A stretch of 24,000 nt of DNA from positions 663,694 through 687,693 of the forward strand of contig CAVZDU010000002.1 of the NCBI GenBank assembly GCA_963774265.1, in the 5' to 3' direction. The DNA is from an uncultured Chloroflexia bacterium. Lineage in GTDB: Bacteria; Chloroflexota; Anaerolineae; CG2-30-64-16. The notes below the pieces were generated by a model, which saw nothing but the letters and a program-made list of their open reading frames with translations, was not told the origin of the DNA and searched no databases. Positions 1 to 9,386 of this stretch are shown here, piece by piece; position 1 is the first letter of the stretch; each line of letters begins with the position of its first letter. Made by a program: the position numbers and the translations under genes.

Positions 1-26
1 CGTCGCTCCAATGGCTCGCCTGGCTC

Positions 27-1076
27 TCAGCCGATTCTTCGCCTGACGGCCTCATCCAGATCGTCCAGGATCGAGTAGATCGAGACCCCTTCGTTCAACA
101 CATACACCGTAACCGGATCACCCTCGATGATCTCCTGTGGTGGAACCAGCTTTTCGTCTGCCTCTATGCTGGCATGGTGTAACGCCACAACCCTCCACTC
201 GTCGTCGCAGACGGGCGAACCGGAGCCACCGGGTTCGGTATCGGTCTGGTAGCGCAGGAAATCCCTGGTCGCACCCATCTGCACGAAAAAGTTGTTGCGG
301 ATGGCGAACTTCAATTCTTCACCGCGCGGATGCTGCACGATGTTGAGCCGATTGCCGCGCTCAAGCCTGGGTGGCGGTTGCGCGATCCGCAGCGGCTCCC
401 GACCTGCCAGCTTGTCCGATTCTGCCAACTCGACGATGGCGTAGTCCAGTTCTTCATCCTGGCCCAACAGGCGACCACCAACGCACTCAACACATCCATT
501 GCGGTCTTCGTAGAAATCGAACCAGGCCACTACTTCCTCGGCCTGCTGTTTGAAATCCGCGGCCTTCGCGGCACCCTCGCCCAGTCCATAGGGTCGCGGG
601 CGATGGTCACGGGCTTCGATCACATGATGGTTGGTGATGAGGATGTTCGGCGCGATGAGCCATCCAGTGCCATAGAAGCACTCGCGCCGCCTAACGCCGT
701 TAAAGATCCGGGGCACTGCCAATCGAGCGACGCTGCCGGCGACGCTCTTGGCCTTGATGATGAAACGATAAGGCAAGCGACAGTCGCGCTGGCGCCCGAA
801 GAGCAGAGCTTCCTCTTCACCTGCCGGAAGCGGTCTGGGTTTCGGCTGCAGGCTGCCCCCGGGACTCGCATCGTAGACCTCGCGCAAGATCTTCAGTTGT
901 TCCGCGGAGAAGATCTGGGGTAACTGCCGCAGCGTCAAGCCATAGGAGTTGAGAAGGTATCTGCGCTCGAGGGCGATGCCTGCCACCTCACGGAGAAAGC
1001 TATCGAGGTTGTCCCTGCGCTTTCCCTTTTGAAGCAAATCCTCTGCAATCGACCTGATACCCTCTGTAGCATTCAT
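27..1076 (-). CDS. Trypsin-like (S1 / Trypsin_2-type) serine protease with a ~130-aa non-protease N-terminal region
   Basis: 349-aa ORF. Catalytic-triad-like motifs occur in canonical order: ILITNHHV (His), DYAIVEL (Asp), TEPGGSGSPV (Ser). Only 14 nt separate it from the upstream same-strand ORF 1091..1720, so the two are probably co-transcribed. Confidence 0.85.
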   Translation of the reverse strand: MNATEGIRSIAEDLLQKGKRRDNLDSFLREVAGIALERRYLLNSYGLTLRQLPQIFSAEQLKILREVYDASPGGSLQPKPRPLPAGEEEALLFGRQRDCRLPYRFIIKAKSVAGSVARLAVPRIFNGVRRRECFYGTGWLIAPNILITNHHVIEARDHRPRPYGLGEGAAKAADFKQQAEEVVAWFDFYEDRNGCVECVGGRLLGQDEELDYAIVELAESDKLAGREPLRIAQPPPRLERGNRLNIVQHPRGEELKFAIRNNFFVQMGATRDFLRYQTDTEPGGSGSPVCDDEWRVVALHHASIEADEKLVPPQEIIEGDPVTVYVLNEGVSIYSILDDLDEAVRRRIG

Positions 1077-1090
1077 CCGACACCTCTATA

Positions 1091-1720
1091 TCAACCTGGT
1101 ACCGCCAGACGCAGAATAAGATTCAAAAACACCTGCATCATGCCCACTCGATCCTCGTACGGTTCGACTGATTCCAGAACCTTCAAGATCATGTCTGCTG
1201 TAACGGTTTGCGGAAACCCGCCGCGGAGGACAGAGCATAGCTGATTTCGCTCCATACAGTGGCGCGATGCAACCAACTGCATTGTATCGTCATTGAACTC
1301 CGGCATGTCTGACTCAGGCGCTGGCGTGTACGGAATTGCCACATCGTCCATTATGCGCCAGAGCACCCATTCCCGTTCCTCATCAACGAAACCAAAGACC
1401 AGGTCCCGAAGGATCTTAGCTGCCTGTTCCGGAGTCTTCCGCTGCAGGATGATCATTTTCAGGTTGCCTGCGACTACCTGCTCAAGCATGTTTGCGATCT
1501 TCTCGCGTTTGTCCTCAGGTATGTCGCGACCGTCAACGACATTTGGATTCTTGATGCCGGGAGCATCGCACTTCTCGATCAACTCCCGCATGAGCTCCGT
1601 CTGGTCGGCCTCGCTTCTCGCACCGATGAAATCGGCGATCGCAGTAGCATGCCTGATGCGAGTTCTGCATTGGCTGCCCAGTAATCGCACGAATTGCTCG
1701 ACAGTCCTCTCGTCAGCCAT
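1091..1720 (-). CDS. Hypothetical, predicted all-helical cytoplasmic protein; first gene of the protease cassette
   Basis: 209-aa ORF with protein-like composition. It is visibly AT-richer than its surroundings and sits immediately upstream of the protease gene. I recognise no family motif. Confidence 0.65.
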   Translation of the reverse strand: MADERTVEQFVRLLGSQCRTRIRHATAIADFIGARSEADQTELMRELIEKCDAPGIKNPNVVDGRDIPEDKREKIANMLEQVVAGNLKMIILQRKTPEQAAKILRDLVFGFVDEEREWVLWRIMDDVAIPYTPAPESDMPEFNDDTMQLVASRHCMERNQLCSVLRGGFPQTVTADMILKVLESVEPYEDRVGMMQVFLNLILRLAVPG

Positions 1721-1971
1721 TTGATCCCTCCTGTTATGGCCAAAGCCTCAGCCCGTCTCCCTGCGGGAATCGCTTGCAGATACTTAGGACCGGGTGGCTG
1801 CCGTGAGGAGTGTAGGACTCTGGTGGAGCGATCGGGGCGGCGGCAACGGTTGGATGGCGATCGTTGCCCGCCTGGCGAAGAGATGGTTTGGCACCAGATA
1901 CCGCGAAGTGCGATGGACGCAGACCACATAAATGTTATAGGTCATTCGCAAACAAATGTCAAGGCTTCCGC

Positions 1972-2082
1972 AACTTGACCTCCAGCAGACAGACACAGTT
2001 GACGCAACTCGGTTTTGCCGCGGTAGGCGCAGGTTTCACTGCCGGTGCGTGCTCGTTGCTGCAACATGAAATCGCCCTGCGA
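1972..2082 (-). repeat. 111-bp repeat, left copy (inverted relative to 13690..13800)
   Basis: The reverse complement of 1972..2082 matches 13690..13800 with 3 mismatches in 111 by direct comparison. The ISAs1 element starts 8 bp from its inner edge. Confidence 0.9.
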
Positions 2083-2089
2083 AGTTATC

Positions 2090-3353
2090 AGGGCCATTCA
2101 GTTCTCGGACAAGCGTAGTGTTTTGGGCTGAGCAGGCTTGAAATCAAGGGCAAGGAAGGCAGAGTATCGCCTCATCAGAAAAGAAACCACAGCCGAGGTG
2201 ATGCTATGCCTGCGCCGATTATTCCCTTGATCGAAGTTCTTGTCGAGATTCCCGACTTCCGAAAGAGCCGGGGGAAGCGTCACACACTGTCTGCCATCCT
2301 GGCCTTGGCTTGTGCCGCGACGCTCTGCGGCGCTCGCAGCTACAGTGCGATGGCCGAGTGGGGCCGGAACTACGGTCCAGCCCTGGCACAAGCCTTGGGT
2401 TTCCGCCATGCCAAGACGCCTTGCGCTGCGACGTTGCACAGCGTGTTTCGCCAGTTGAATGTTGAGCTATTCGAAAGCAAGTTGCGCCAATGGGCTGAAT
2501 GCGTCTTGACCGCCTACCCATGCCGTCAGAATCAAGACGAGGCCATTGCCATTGACGGCAAGACCCTGCGCGGCAGCCAGAAACAAGGGGCGCCAGGCAC
2601 GCATTTGCTTTCAGCACTCAGCCATCGGCTGGGTCTGACACTGACGCAGCAGGCGGTTGACGACAAAACGACTGAAATGTTCGCCATTGAGGATCTCTTG
2701 GATGCCCTGGTGCTCAAGGGGCGGGTCGTCACCGTCGACGCACTGCACACCCAGCGCTTCACCGCCCAGACGATCCTCGATTGGGAGGCGGACTATGTCA
2801 TGATCGTCAAAAACAACCACCCGGAGATGCTGGCCGATATCCGGCTCTTGTTTCAAGAACTGGCGGTCGTGGCTGACACGGTGACCCGGGCGGAGTCAGT
2901 GACGGCCGGTCACGGCCGCATCGAGTGCCGCCAACTGATTGCCAGCACGGCGTTGGCTGATTATCTGCATTGGCCGGGTTTACAGCAGGTCTTCCGTTTG
3001 GAGCGTACCGTCACCATCAAAAAGACCGGCAAACAGCGTCACGAAGTCGTCTACGGTATGACCAGTCTCGCCGCCGATAAGGCGGATGCTACCAGAGTGT
3101 TGCGCCTTGTACGCCAACATTGGTCCATCGAAAACCAATCGCATTGGGTACGGGATGTCACCTTTGATGAAGATCGGTCGCAAGTGCGCTGTGGTTCCAT
3201 CCCGCAAACGATGGCCGCTTTGCGCAACGCCGCCATCGGCCTGCTGCGTCTGACAGGACACACTAACATCGCTGCGGCCACCCGTCGATTTGCAGCTCAA
3301 CCCTGGGCCGCGGTTGCCTTACTCGGCATCAAGTGCGAAAACTGAATGGCCCT
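2090..3353 (+). mobile_element. ISAs1-family insertion sequence (1264 bp)
   Basis: Imperfect terminal inverted repeats agggccattcagttctcggacaag (2090..2113) and caagtgcgaaaactgaatggccct (3330..3353), 20 of 24 matching. They enclose a single transposase ORF. No flanking direct repeat is visible. Confidence 0.8.
2206..3345 (+). CDS. ISAs1-family DDE transposase (H-repeat-associated type)
   Basis: 379-aa ORF. The N-terminus LVEIPDFRKSRGKRHTLSAILALACAATLCGARSY is the typical ISAs1 DDE_Tnp_1_assoc signature. The C-terminal HWSIENQSHWVRDVTFDEDRS motif is also present. Confidence 0.9.
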   Translation: MPAPIIPLIEVLVEIPDFRKSRGKRHTLSAILALACAATLCGARSYSAMAEWGRNYGPALAQALGFRHAKTPCAATLHSVFRQLNVELFESKLRQWAECVLTAYPCRQNQDEAIAIDGKTLRGSQKQGAPGTHLLSALSHRLGLTLTQQAVDDKTTEMFAIEDLLDALVLKGRVVTVDALHTQRFTAQTILDWEADYVMIVKNNHPEMLADIRLLFQELAVVADTVTRAESVTAGHGRIECRQLIASTALADYLHWPGLQQVFRLERTVTIKKTGKQRHEVVYGMTSLAADKADATRVLRLVRQHWSIENQSHWVRDVTFDEDRSQVRCGSIPQTMAALRNAAIGLLRLTGHTNIAAATRRFAAQPWAAVALLGIKCEN

Positions 3354-3590
3354 GGCGTATGACATAACTCATATTGACGGTTACGGATCGTTGTCTATAA
3401 TGCAGATGGCCTCGTCTCCACTCGACGGCGCGTTTTGCGGGCCGCTGGCTGATGTCATATGGCACCATGTCGCAGTCTTCGACTGGGGAGGAGAAGCTGG
3501 TCCGTCGAGACCAGTGGCGGCAAGGACAAAGTGGGCTAAAAAATCCGCGGCTATCGAATGAAGAACTTCACTCTGCGCAAGGAGGGGAAA

Positions 3591-4925
3591 ATGAAACTCG
3601 ACCTAAGATCATGGGGGATCGTTCTCGTAGTGATTGCATGTCTTCTGTCTAGTGCAGCCTGCCAAGGCCAACCGGCCGTGAATATCAACTCAGGCCCTAG
3701 CCCCACTCCCAGTTTCGCAAACTCGCCGGAAGGTGCTGTCAGGGCGATGCTTAACACGATCGAGCAACAGGATGCTAATCGCTATCTGGATGCGATTGAC
3801 CCGATGCTCCGCGCAGAGCCGAACTATTTCTTCAAGGACGCCTTGATAAAGGGCATCCAATCCTACCTGGGCTTGCAGGGAGTTGGTGACCTTAGTCGGG
3901 TTGCCTTCCGAGAGGTTGAGCTCAAGACTCGGAGTAGTAGCGACAATCTGGCCGTTGTCGATGCATCAGGGAAGGTCCGAAACCTCGCAGTGGCAACAGA
4001 AACTGCCTTTGCGGGAGAGTTTTATGTCAGAAGGGTCGATGGAATCTGGTACGTTTCTGACCCCGGCACTGTCGCCCCGTCGACAGTTGAGGCGCCCCAA
4101 GGCGCCGTCTGGAAACTCATTCCAATCTCGATTGAAGCCGAACCTCGTGCGAATGGTTTTCTCGGCTACCATGTAGTTCTCATGCTGGAGAACCAGGGCA
4201 GCAAAGGAGAACGGGCGGAAATCGACACGGGTGCTGGCATTTTGGAGACTGAGGAGGGTTTCACCTACCCAGTCGATTCGCTGCGCTACTCATCCACTCT
4301 AATCCCTCCTGGGTTTCGAGTGAGAGGCGATTGGGGCGAGTACGCTTCGGGTACGATGGAACTGTGGTTCAAAGCCGTGGAAAAGGCTCATCCGACCAAG
4401 GTGGTGCTGGAAGACCATAGCACGGTCGACATCGGAGGAGTGCTCAAGACCAGTCCAAGTGGGAGCGGGCGCAGTTGGGGCGGTGTAGGGATTGCCGACC
4501 TACGGCGGCTGTCATTTCCGACAAGTCGACCGAATAGCGACTTTCTGGACACAGGCTTGGCGGTCCAAGTCCTGCCAGACGCAAAGGTAACATTCAAGAA
4601 TGCACGACGCGCAGGCGTCAGTTCCATGGGTCTTAGCGGACATGCTGAGGGCCTAATTGTGGATGTCGAGTTCCAGAATGAGAACCAGGGGTACGCCAGG
4701 GATGTCAACGCCTCGTGCGTTCTGTTCGATGGCCTTGGTCTGACTCGCACTAGTCTGGTTAGCGCCTCCACTGGGGCTGGACCGGGTCAAACAGTCACAA
4801 CACAGATAGGCTACTACTTCGGAGATTGCGACGACGATGAGGAGAGGCTGAAGGCTGCTCTGACTAGGGCCAAACTTGTTTGCAGCGGCGATTTCGAGGC
4901 GATTGTCAACATCGAGGTCCGCTAG
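3591..4925 (+). CDS. Putative secreted lipoprotein, function unknown
   Basis: The ORF opens at 3558, but the ATG at 3591 follows AAGGAGGGG. The N-terminus MKLDLRSWGIVLVVIACLLSSAAC looks like a signal peptide plus lipobox-like Cys. The gene is AT-richer than the window and lies between two IS elements. Confidence 0.75.
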   Translation: MKLDLRSWGIVLVVIACLLSSAACQGQPAVNINSGPSPTPSFANSPEGAVRAMLNTIEQQDANRYLDAIDPMLRAEPNYFFKDALIKGIQSYLGLQGVGDLSRVAFREVELKTRSSSDNLAVVDASGKVRNLAVATETAFAGEFYVRRVDGIWYVSDPGTVAPSTVEAPQGAVWKLIPISIEAEPRANGFLGYHVVLMLENQGSKGERAEIDTGAGILETEEGFTYPVDSLRYSSTLIPPGFRVRGDWGEYASGTMELWFKAVEKAHPTKVVLEDHSTVDIGGVLKTSPSGSGRSWGGVGIADLRRLSFPTSRPNSDFLDTGLAVQVLPDAKVTFKNARRAGVSSMGLSGHAEGLIVDVEFQNENQGYARDVNASCVLFDGLGLTRTSLVSASTGAGPGQTVTTQIGYYFGDCDDDEERLKAALTRAKLVCSGDFEAIVNIEVR

Positions 4926-5039
4926 CCCGTTCTGCCACTCCTGGTGTCGTGTCGCGATTAGGGAGTTGCGGCCAGCGGTTGCAAGCCTTTAGACCTGTCT
5001 GTGCAGAAAGGCGTGCTTTCTTCCCCTAATGAAATAAGG

Positions 5040-5140
5040 GATTCATGGGGCGCGGCTCGGACGCGAACACTCCCGGAGCGACGGATGGTCGATAGGACCA
5101 CAACCTACCGCCCGAGAGCAGCGCGAGCCGCCCCATAATC
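5040..5140. repeat. Imperfect long-stem inverted repeat downstream of the IS91-family transposase
   Basis: gattcatggggcgcggctcg (5040..5059) pairs with cgagccgccccataatc (5124..5140). The arms match apart from small gaps and are separated by a ~64-nt loop. Confidence 0.6.
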
Positions 5141-5426
5141 TGTATTGAACTGAGCCGGTTAGCTCAGAGCGGTCCCATTTGAGGTTTCAAGCAGTCCGTT
5201 GCAGGAGTGATTGTCCGGCCGCGGTGGCCGTTTGAGGCAGGATTTCGGTCTCCACAGTGGCGTTTCCTCCGCACAAAGTCGTCGGTACAGACGGCCGTTG
5301 GCTTTGCATTTCGGTCCTTGGACGTTTGCTGCACGGTAGACGCTCTCACTGCCGTTGACGGCAGGCATGACCAAGCCCTGGTCCTGTTTCTCATATCCAG
5401 CACCAGTCCGTCAGACGACCCTCGAT

Positions 5427-6534
5427 TCAGACGTTCTTCGCTTCAGGCGGGCAGCGGCTCCTCGGCCGCAGGGTGCTGACCAACCGCATCGGCTTGCCGC
5501 AGATGGGACACTGCAGATCAGTGGTGGGTAAGGGCTGAGCCGACGGCTGCTGGTCTTGCTCGAGCCGGAGTGGCCGCGCCGGGCAGCAACTGCTGCACCT
5601 TGCTCAGCGCTTCCCGTTGGTTGGGGCTGATAGAAGCCATAGTAGCGGACCTTGGCTGAAGCCCTTGGGCAGCACATGCTGCAGGAAACGACGGATGAAC
5701 TCCTCGGCGCTCAGCGGTGCAGGTCTTGCGTTGGCCGCTCCGGGCATCCGTGTAGCCGAAGGTCACCTGGTCATCTTCCAGACTCAGGATGCGCCGGTTG
5801 CTAATTGCGACCCGGAAGATGTAGGGCGCCAGATACTTTAAAGCCCCAGCGCCGTTGCCAACCGGCTGGCAGTGGACCACCCAGTCCTGCGTCCAGACTT
5901 CAGCCGGGACCTGTGCGAAGAACTCCGTCTGTCGCAAGGCATCCCGAAACTTGGCCCGAAAGAGCACCGACAAGGCCCGCACGGGCAGGAGGAAATCCTC
6001 GCGCGCCGGTCGCCAGGCACTGCCATCGGGAGCCAAGCCGCCCCCAGGCACCACGTAGTGGACATGCGGATGGTAGATCAAGGCGCGGGTCCAGGTGTGG
6101 AGCACGCCGACCATGCCCAGGGTGCCGCCCACGAAGCGCGGGTCCTGGGCCAGTTGCTGCGCAGCCGCGGCCGAGGCGCGAAAGAGCAGCCCGTAGACCA
6201 GCTTCTGGTGACTGCGCGCGACCTCGCGCAGTTCTTCAGGCAAGGTGAAGGTGAGCAGAAAGTAGGGGACCGGCAAGAGCAGCGCTTGCTGCTGCTCCAG
6301 CCACTCTTGCCCGGCCGCGTTCTGGCACTTGGGACAGTGACGATTCTGGCACGAATGGTAGCTGTAGCGCTTCTCGCCGCACTCGGGACACTGGTAGACT
6401 TGTCCGCCCAGCGCTTCGGTGCGACATTGCTCGATGTCCGTCATCGCGTCCAGGTGGCTGGGCGGCATGCGCGCCCCGTACTTCTCCCGGTACTCGGGAC
6501 CGTAGCGGCGAAAGATCTCGGCCAGCTCTACCAC
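5427..6534 (-). pseudogene. IS91-family Y2 (HUH rolling-circle) transposase, C-terminal part disrupted by four +1 frameshifts
   Basis: N-terminal zinc-binding region CPECGEKRYSYHSCQNRHCPKCQ. HUH-like region HTWTRALIYHPHVHYVVPGGG. From about 5715 the expected C-terminus (LSAEEFIRRFLQHVLPKGF / AKVRYYGF / SPNQREALSKVQQLL / CPICGKPMRLV) can only be read by switching frames at about 5715, 5654, 5638 and 5511. Confidence 0.85.
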
Positions 6535-7400
6535 GTCAGCCCCGCCATCAACCGGTCGACGGCGAGCATGGCGATTTCTTCCCCCTGCTGCGTGAGATGG
6601 GTGTAGATCGTGGTCGTGCGGAGCGAGCGGTGGCCGAGCCAGGCCTGGATCTGGCGCAGGTTGACGCCCGCCTCCAGCAAATGCGTGGCGTAGCTATGGC
6701 GCAAGGTATGCACGCTGGCGTGCTTGTGGATGCCACTCTCACTCAGGGCAGCCGCAAAGGCGGCGCTCACGCTGCGCGGTGTCACCGGCACGGTGACGGC
6801 CGAGATCGGCTGGCCTTGGGGCGGTCGGGCCGGAAACAGCCACACGGGATGGCGATGGGTGCGCCAGTAAGTGCGCAGCATCTCCAGGGTGGCCTGGGGC
6901 AAGGGCACATAGCGATCTTGGCCGCCTTTGCCCTTGCGGACATGGAGCATACGGCGGCTGCCGTCGATGTCCCCAACCTGTAGGTACACTCCTTCCCGAA
7001 TGCGCAGGCCGCAGGCATAGATGGTGGTCAAACAGGCGCGATAGCGCGGCTGATGCACGCAGCCCAGCACCCGCGCCACTTCCTCCACACTCAGCACGGC
7101 GGGCAAGCTCTTCTCCTGCTTGGCGCGCGCCAGGTCCAGCAAGCGCCACTCGCGCTGGAGCGTGTGCTGGTAGAGGAACTTGATGCCGCAGAGGGCCACC
7201 GTCATGGTGCTGGCGGAGACCGCCTTCTCGTTCTGCAGGTAGAGCAGGTACTGCCGTAGCTCCTCCTCGCTGATTTCATCCGGCGATTTGTGGTAGTACT
7301 TGGCCAGTTGCTCCACCGCGGCGACGTACGCTTCCTGGGTGCGCGCGGCGAGTCCGCGCAGCTGCATGTCCTCGATCATCCGTTGTCGTAGGACAGTCAT
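6528..7400 (-). CDS. Tyrosine recombinase (phage-integrase family), upstream ORF of the IS91-family element
   Basis: 290-aa ORF with C-terminal catalytic-region motifs HTLRHSYATHLLEAGVNLRQIQAWLGHRSLRTTTIYTH. An AGGAGG RBS lies upstream. Its stop overlaps the transposase GTG start by 7 nt. Confidence 0.9.
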   Translation of the reverse strand: MTVLRQRMIEDMQLRGLAARTQEAYVAAVEQLAKYYHKSPDEISEEELRQYLLYLQNEKAVSASTMTVALCGIKFLYQHTLQREWRLLDLARAKQEKSLPAVLSVEEVARVLGCVHQPRYRACLTTIYACGLRIREGVYLQVGDIDGSRRMLHVRKGKGGQDRYVPLPQATLEMLRTYWRTHRHPVWLFPARPPQGQPISAVTVPVTPRSVSAAFAAALSESGIHKHASVHTLRHSYATHLLEAGVNLRQIQAWLGHRSLRTTTIYTHLTQQGEEIAMLAVDRLMAGLTW

Positions 7401-7514
7401 CTTGACACCTCCTGGTTAGTGAATGGGTTGACCCATGTCATGATCACACATGACAGTGGCCGGCACCAAATCGGCCGGGGAAAGTGGAGAGGGGCAAAAC
7501 TGTGGCTGAGGATG

Positions 7515-7540
7515 TATAGCATAACGTCCTTTATGCTATA
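7515..7540. repeat. Perfect 10-6-10 palindrome tatagcataa-cgtcct-ttatgctata
   Basis: Read directly from the sequence. It lies between the two divergent recombinase genes and overlaps the candidate ATG (7533) of the second recombinase. Confidence 0.9.
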
Positions 7541-8528
7541 CTTATCCCAATGGATTCTTTACAACATCATCACCATACCAGCAGGACCCCTTCAGCCGAC
7601 CTCCGGGAGCGTGCCCGCACTGTTCACCGACGCCGGCAGCGACGCCGTCCGCCGCTTCATCGAGTTCTTCACCGCCAACATCCGCAATCGCAACACGCGC
7701 GCCGCCTATGCCTTCGCTGCGGCCCGATTCGCCCGCTGGTGTGACGCGCGCGGTATCGCCCTGGCCCAACTGACGCCTGTCATCGTGGCGGCTTATATCG
7801 AGGAATTGGGGCAACACCTTGCCAAGCCCAGCGTCAAGCAGCACCTGGCCGCCCTGCGCATGCTGTTCGACTACCTGGTGACCGGGCAGGTGCTGCCGAC
7901 GAACCCGGCCTATGCCGTGCGGGGACCCAAGCACGTCGTCAAGACCGGCCGCACGCCCGTGCTCACCGCCGAGGAAACCCGGATACTGCTCGACCGCATC
8001 GATGTCAATACCATCGCCGGGCTGCGCGATCGCGCCCTGATCGGGGTGATGGTCTACTCGTTCGCCCGGGTGGGCGCGGTGGTCGGCATGAACGTGGAGG
8101 ACTACTTTCAGGAGGGCAAACGCTGGTGGTTTCGGCTGCACGAGAAGGGCGGCAAGCGGCACGAGGTACCGGCCCACCACAATGCCGAGGCTTATGTGGA
8201 CGCCTATCTGGCAGCGGCCCAGATCGCTGACGATCGCAAAGGCCCGCTCTTTCGCAGCCTGGATCGTGAGCGCCATTTGACGGAGCGGCGGCTACACCGG
8301 CTGGAGGTGCTGGCCATGATCAAACGGCGCGCCCGGCAGGCCGGACTGCCGGAGACGACCTGCTGCCACACCTTCCGGGCTACCGGCATTACGACCTACC
8401 TGCAGAATGGTGGTACAATTGAGCATGCCCAGCAGATCGCGAACCACGAGTCGCCGCGCACGACCAAGCTGTATGACCGCACCAACGATGCGATCAGCCT
8501 GGATGAGATCGAGCGGATCCTGATCTAG
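7533..8528 (+). CDS. Tyrosine recombinase/integrase (second copy, different subfamily); start uncertain
   Basis: The ORF opens at 7419 (GTG). Homologue-like sequence begins near ALFTDAGSDAVRRFIEFFTANIRNRNTRAAY. C-terminal motifs are HTFRATGITTYLQNGG and HESPRTTKLYDRTNDAISLDEIERILI. In-frame ATGs occur at 7512 and 7533. Confidence 0.85.
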   Translation: MLYLSQWILYNIITIPAGPLQPTSGSVPALFTDAGSDAVRRFIEFFTANIRNRNTRAAYAFAAARFARWCDARGIALAQLTPVIVAAYIEELGQHLAKPSVKQHLAALRMLFDYLVTGQVLPTNPAYAVRGPKHVVKTGRTPVLTAEETRILLDRIDVNTIAGLRDRALIGVMVYSFARVGAVVGMNVEDYFQEGKRWWFRLHEKGGKRHEVPAHHNAEAYVDAYLAAAQIADDRKGPLFRSLDRERHLTERRLHRLEVLAMIKRRARQAGLPETTCCHTFRATGITTYLQNGGTIEHAQQIANHESPRTTKLYDRTNDAISLDEIERILI

Positions 8529-8680
8529 GCGTTGGCGCTGGGGGCCGCGCAGCAGCTATTCACTGCAATAAGTGCCTCCAGGTCAACAGATGCCGAAGTC
8601 CGCGGGAGAATGAGTAGTTGGGCAGGGCACCGCGAGTCGCTGAAGCAAGCGCCACATCGAAAACGCTGTAGGGGGGAGCG

Positions 8681-9094
8681 ATGAACACAAACAAACAGAC
8701 CGCCGGAGTGGACGTGAGAGTGAAGCTCACGATGCTGTGGGTATTCGTGCTGTTCAATATGGCCTATGCAGACATTCTCTCCTTGATGGACCCTACTTCG
8801 GCGATTCGCGCAAGGATGGCGGGGACTCCGATCACTCCGGGATTCCTGCTGGCAGGCGCGGTACTGATGGAGACGGCGATCGCCATGGTCGTCCTGTGTT
8901 GGGTATTGCCGTACAAGGCGAATCGCTGGGTGAACATCATCGTGGCCGCAGTGAACATACTTGCTGTCGTGACTGGCGGACACGGCCTTTACTATGCATT
9001 CTTCGCGATCGTCGAAGTCGTCTGCATGTTGCTGATCGTCTGGTTTGCATGGACATGGAAGCCAGCCGCTGAACGCAGTACCGGGAGTCAGTAG
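8681..9094 (+). CDS. Small integral membrane protein (about 4 TM; resembles DUF6326-type proteins from memory)
   Basis: 137-aa ORF with four hydrophobic segments, preceded by a GGGGGAG RBS. The LWVFVLFNMAYADILSL motif is present. Confidence 0.7.
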   Translation: MNTNKQTAGVDVRVKLTMLWVFVLFNMAYADILSLMDPTSAIRARMAGTPITPGFLLAGAVLMETAIAMVVLCWVLPYKANRWVNIIVAAVNILAVVTGGHGLYYAFFAIVEVVCMLLIVWFAWTWKPAAERSTGSQ

Positions 9095-9386
9095 TCCTCC
9101 GGCCACAGGTAATGCCTGCCCAACAAGCGCATCGAGCGGAGCCGCGCGCAAACGGGGCGCTGCATACGCCGCCCGTTGGGCGACCAGATGACTTGCACCA
9201 GCGCTCTTGCAGCAGCGTCGCGCAAGCCCCCGGCGGCCCCTGCGCAGGGCGCTTAGTTCAATTACCCATTAGGAGAAGAAAACGCGCCAGCGGTGGCCGG
9301 TTTGCGTCATCTAAGGTTCCGCTAAGGGGTTCTTAGGGGAAGTTGACTAGTGGATACCGACCTTGCACTGGATGGAGGTGGAGATT

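Larger units (their letters stand above)
5040..7540 (-). mobile_element. IS91-family element of the two-ORF type (integrase plus Y2 transposase); boundaries tentative
   Basis: Two overlapping ORFs at 6528..7400 and 5427..6534. Hairpin-forming inverted repeats lie on both sides (5040..5140 and 7515..7540). IS91-family ends are known to carry stem-loops, but I cannot place ori/ter ends exactly. Confidence 0.45.

Noticed and set aside
5005-5021. Hairpin agaaag-gcgtg-ctttct after the lipoprotein gene, as a possible intrinsic terminator
   Set aside because: The stem is short and AT-rich and is not followed by a T-run, so it is too weak to call.
5157-5232. tRNA-like string ggttagctcagagcgg, resembling a D-arm, flanked by gccgg...ccggc
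   Set aside because: The candidate is only about 66 nt. There is no GTTCRANNC T-loop and no consistent anticodon stem on either strand, so the resemblance is probably chance.
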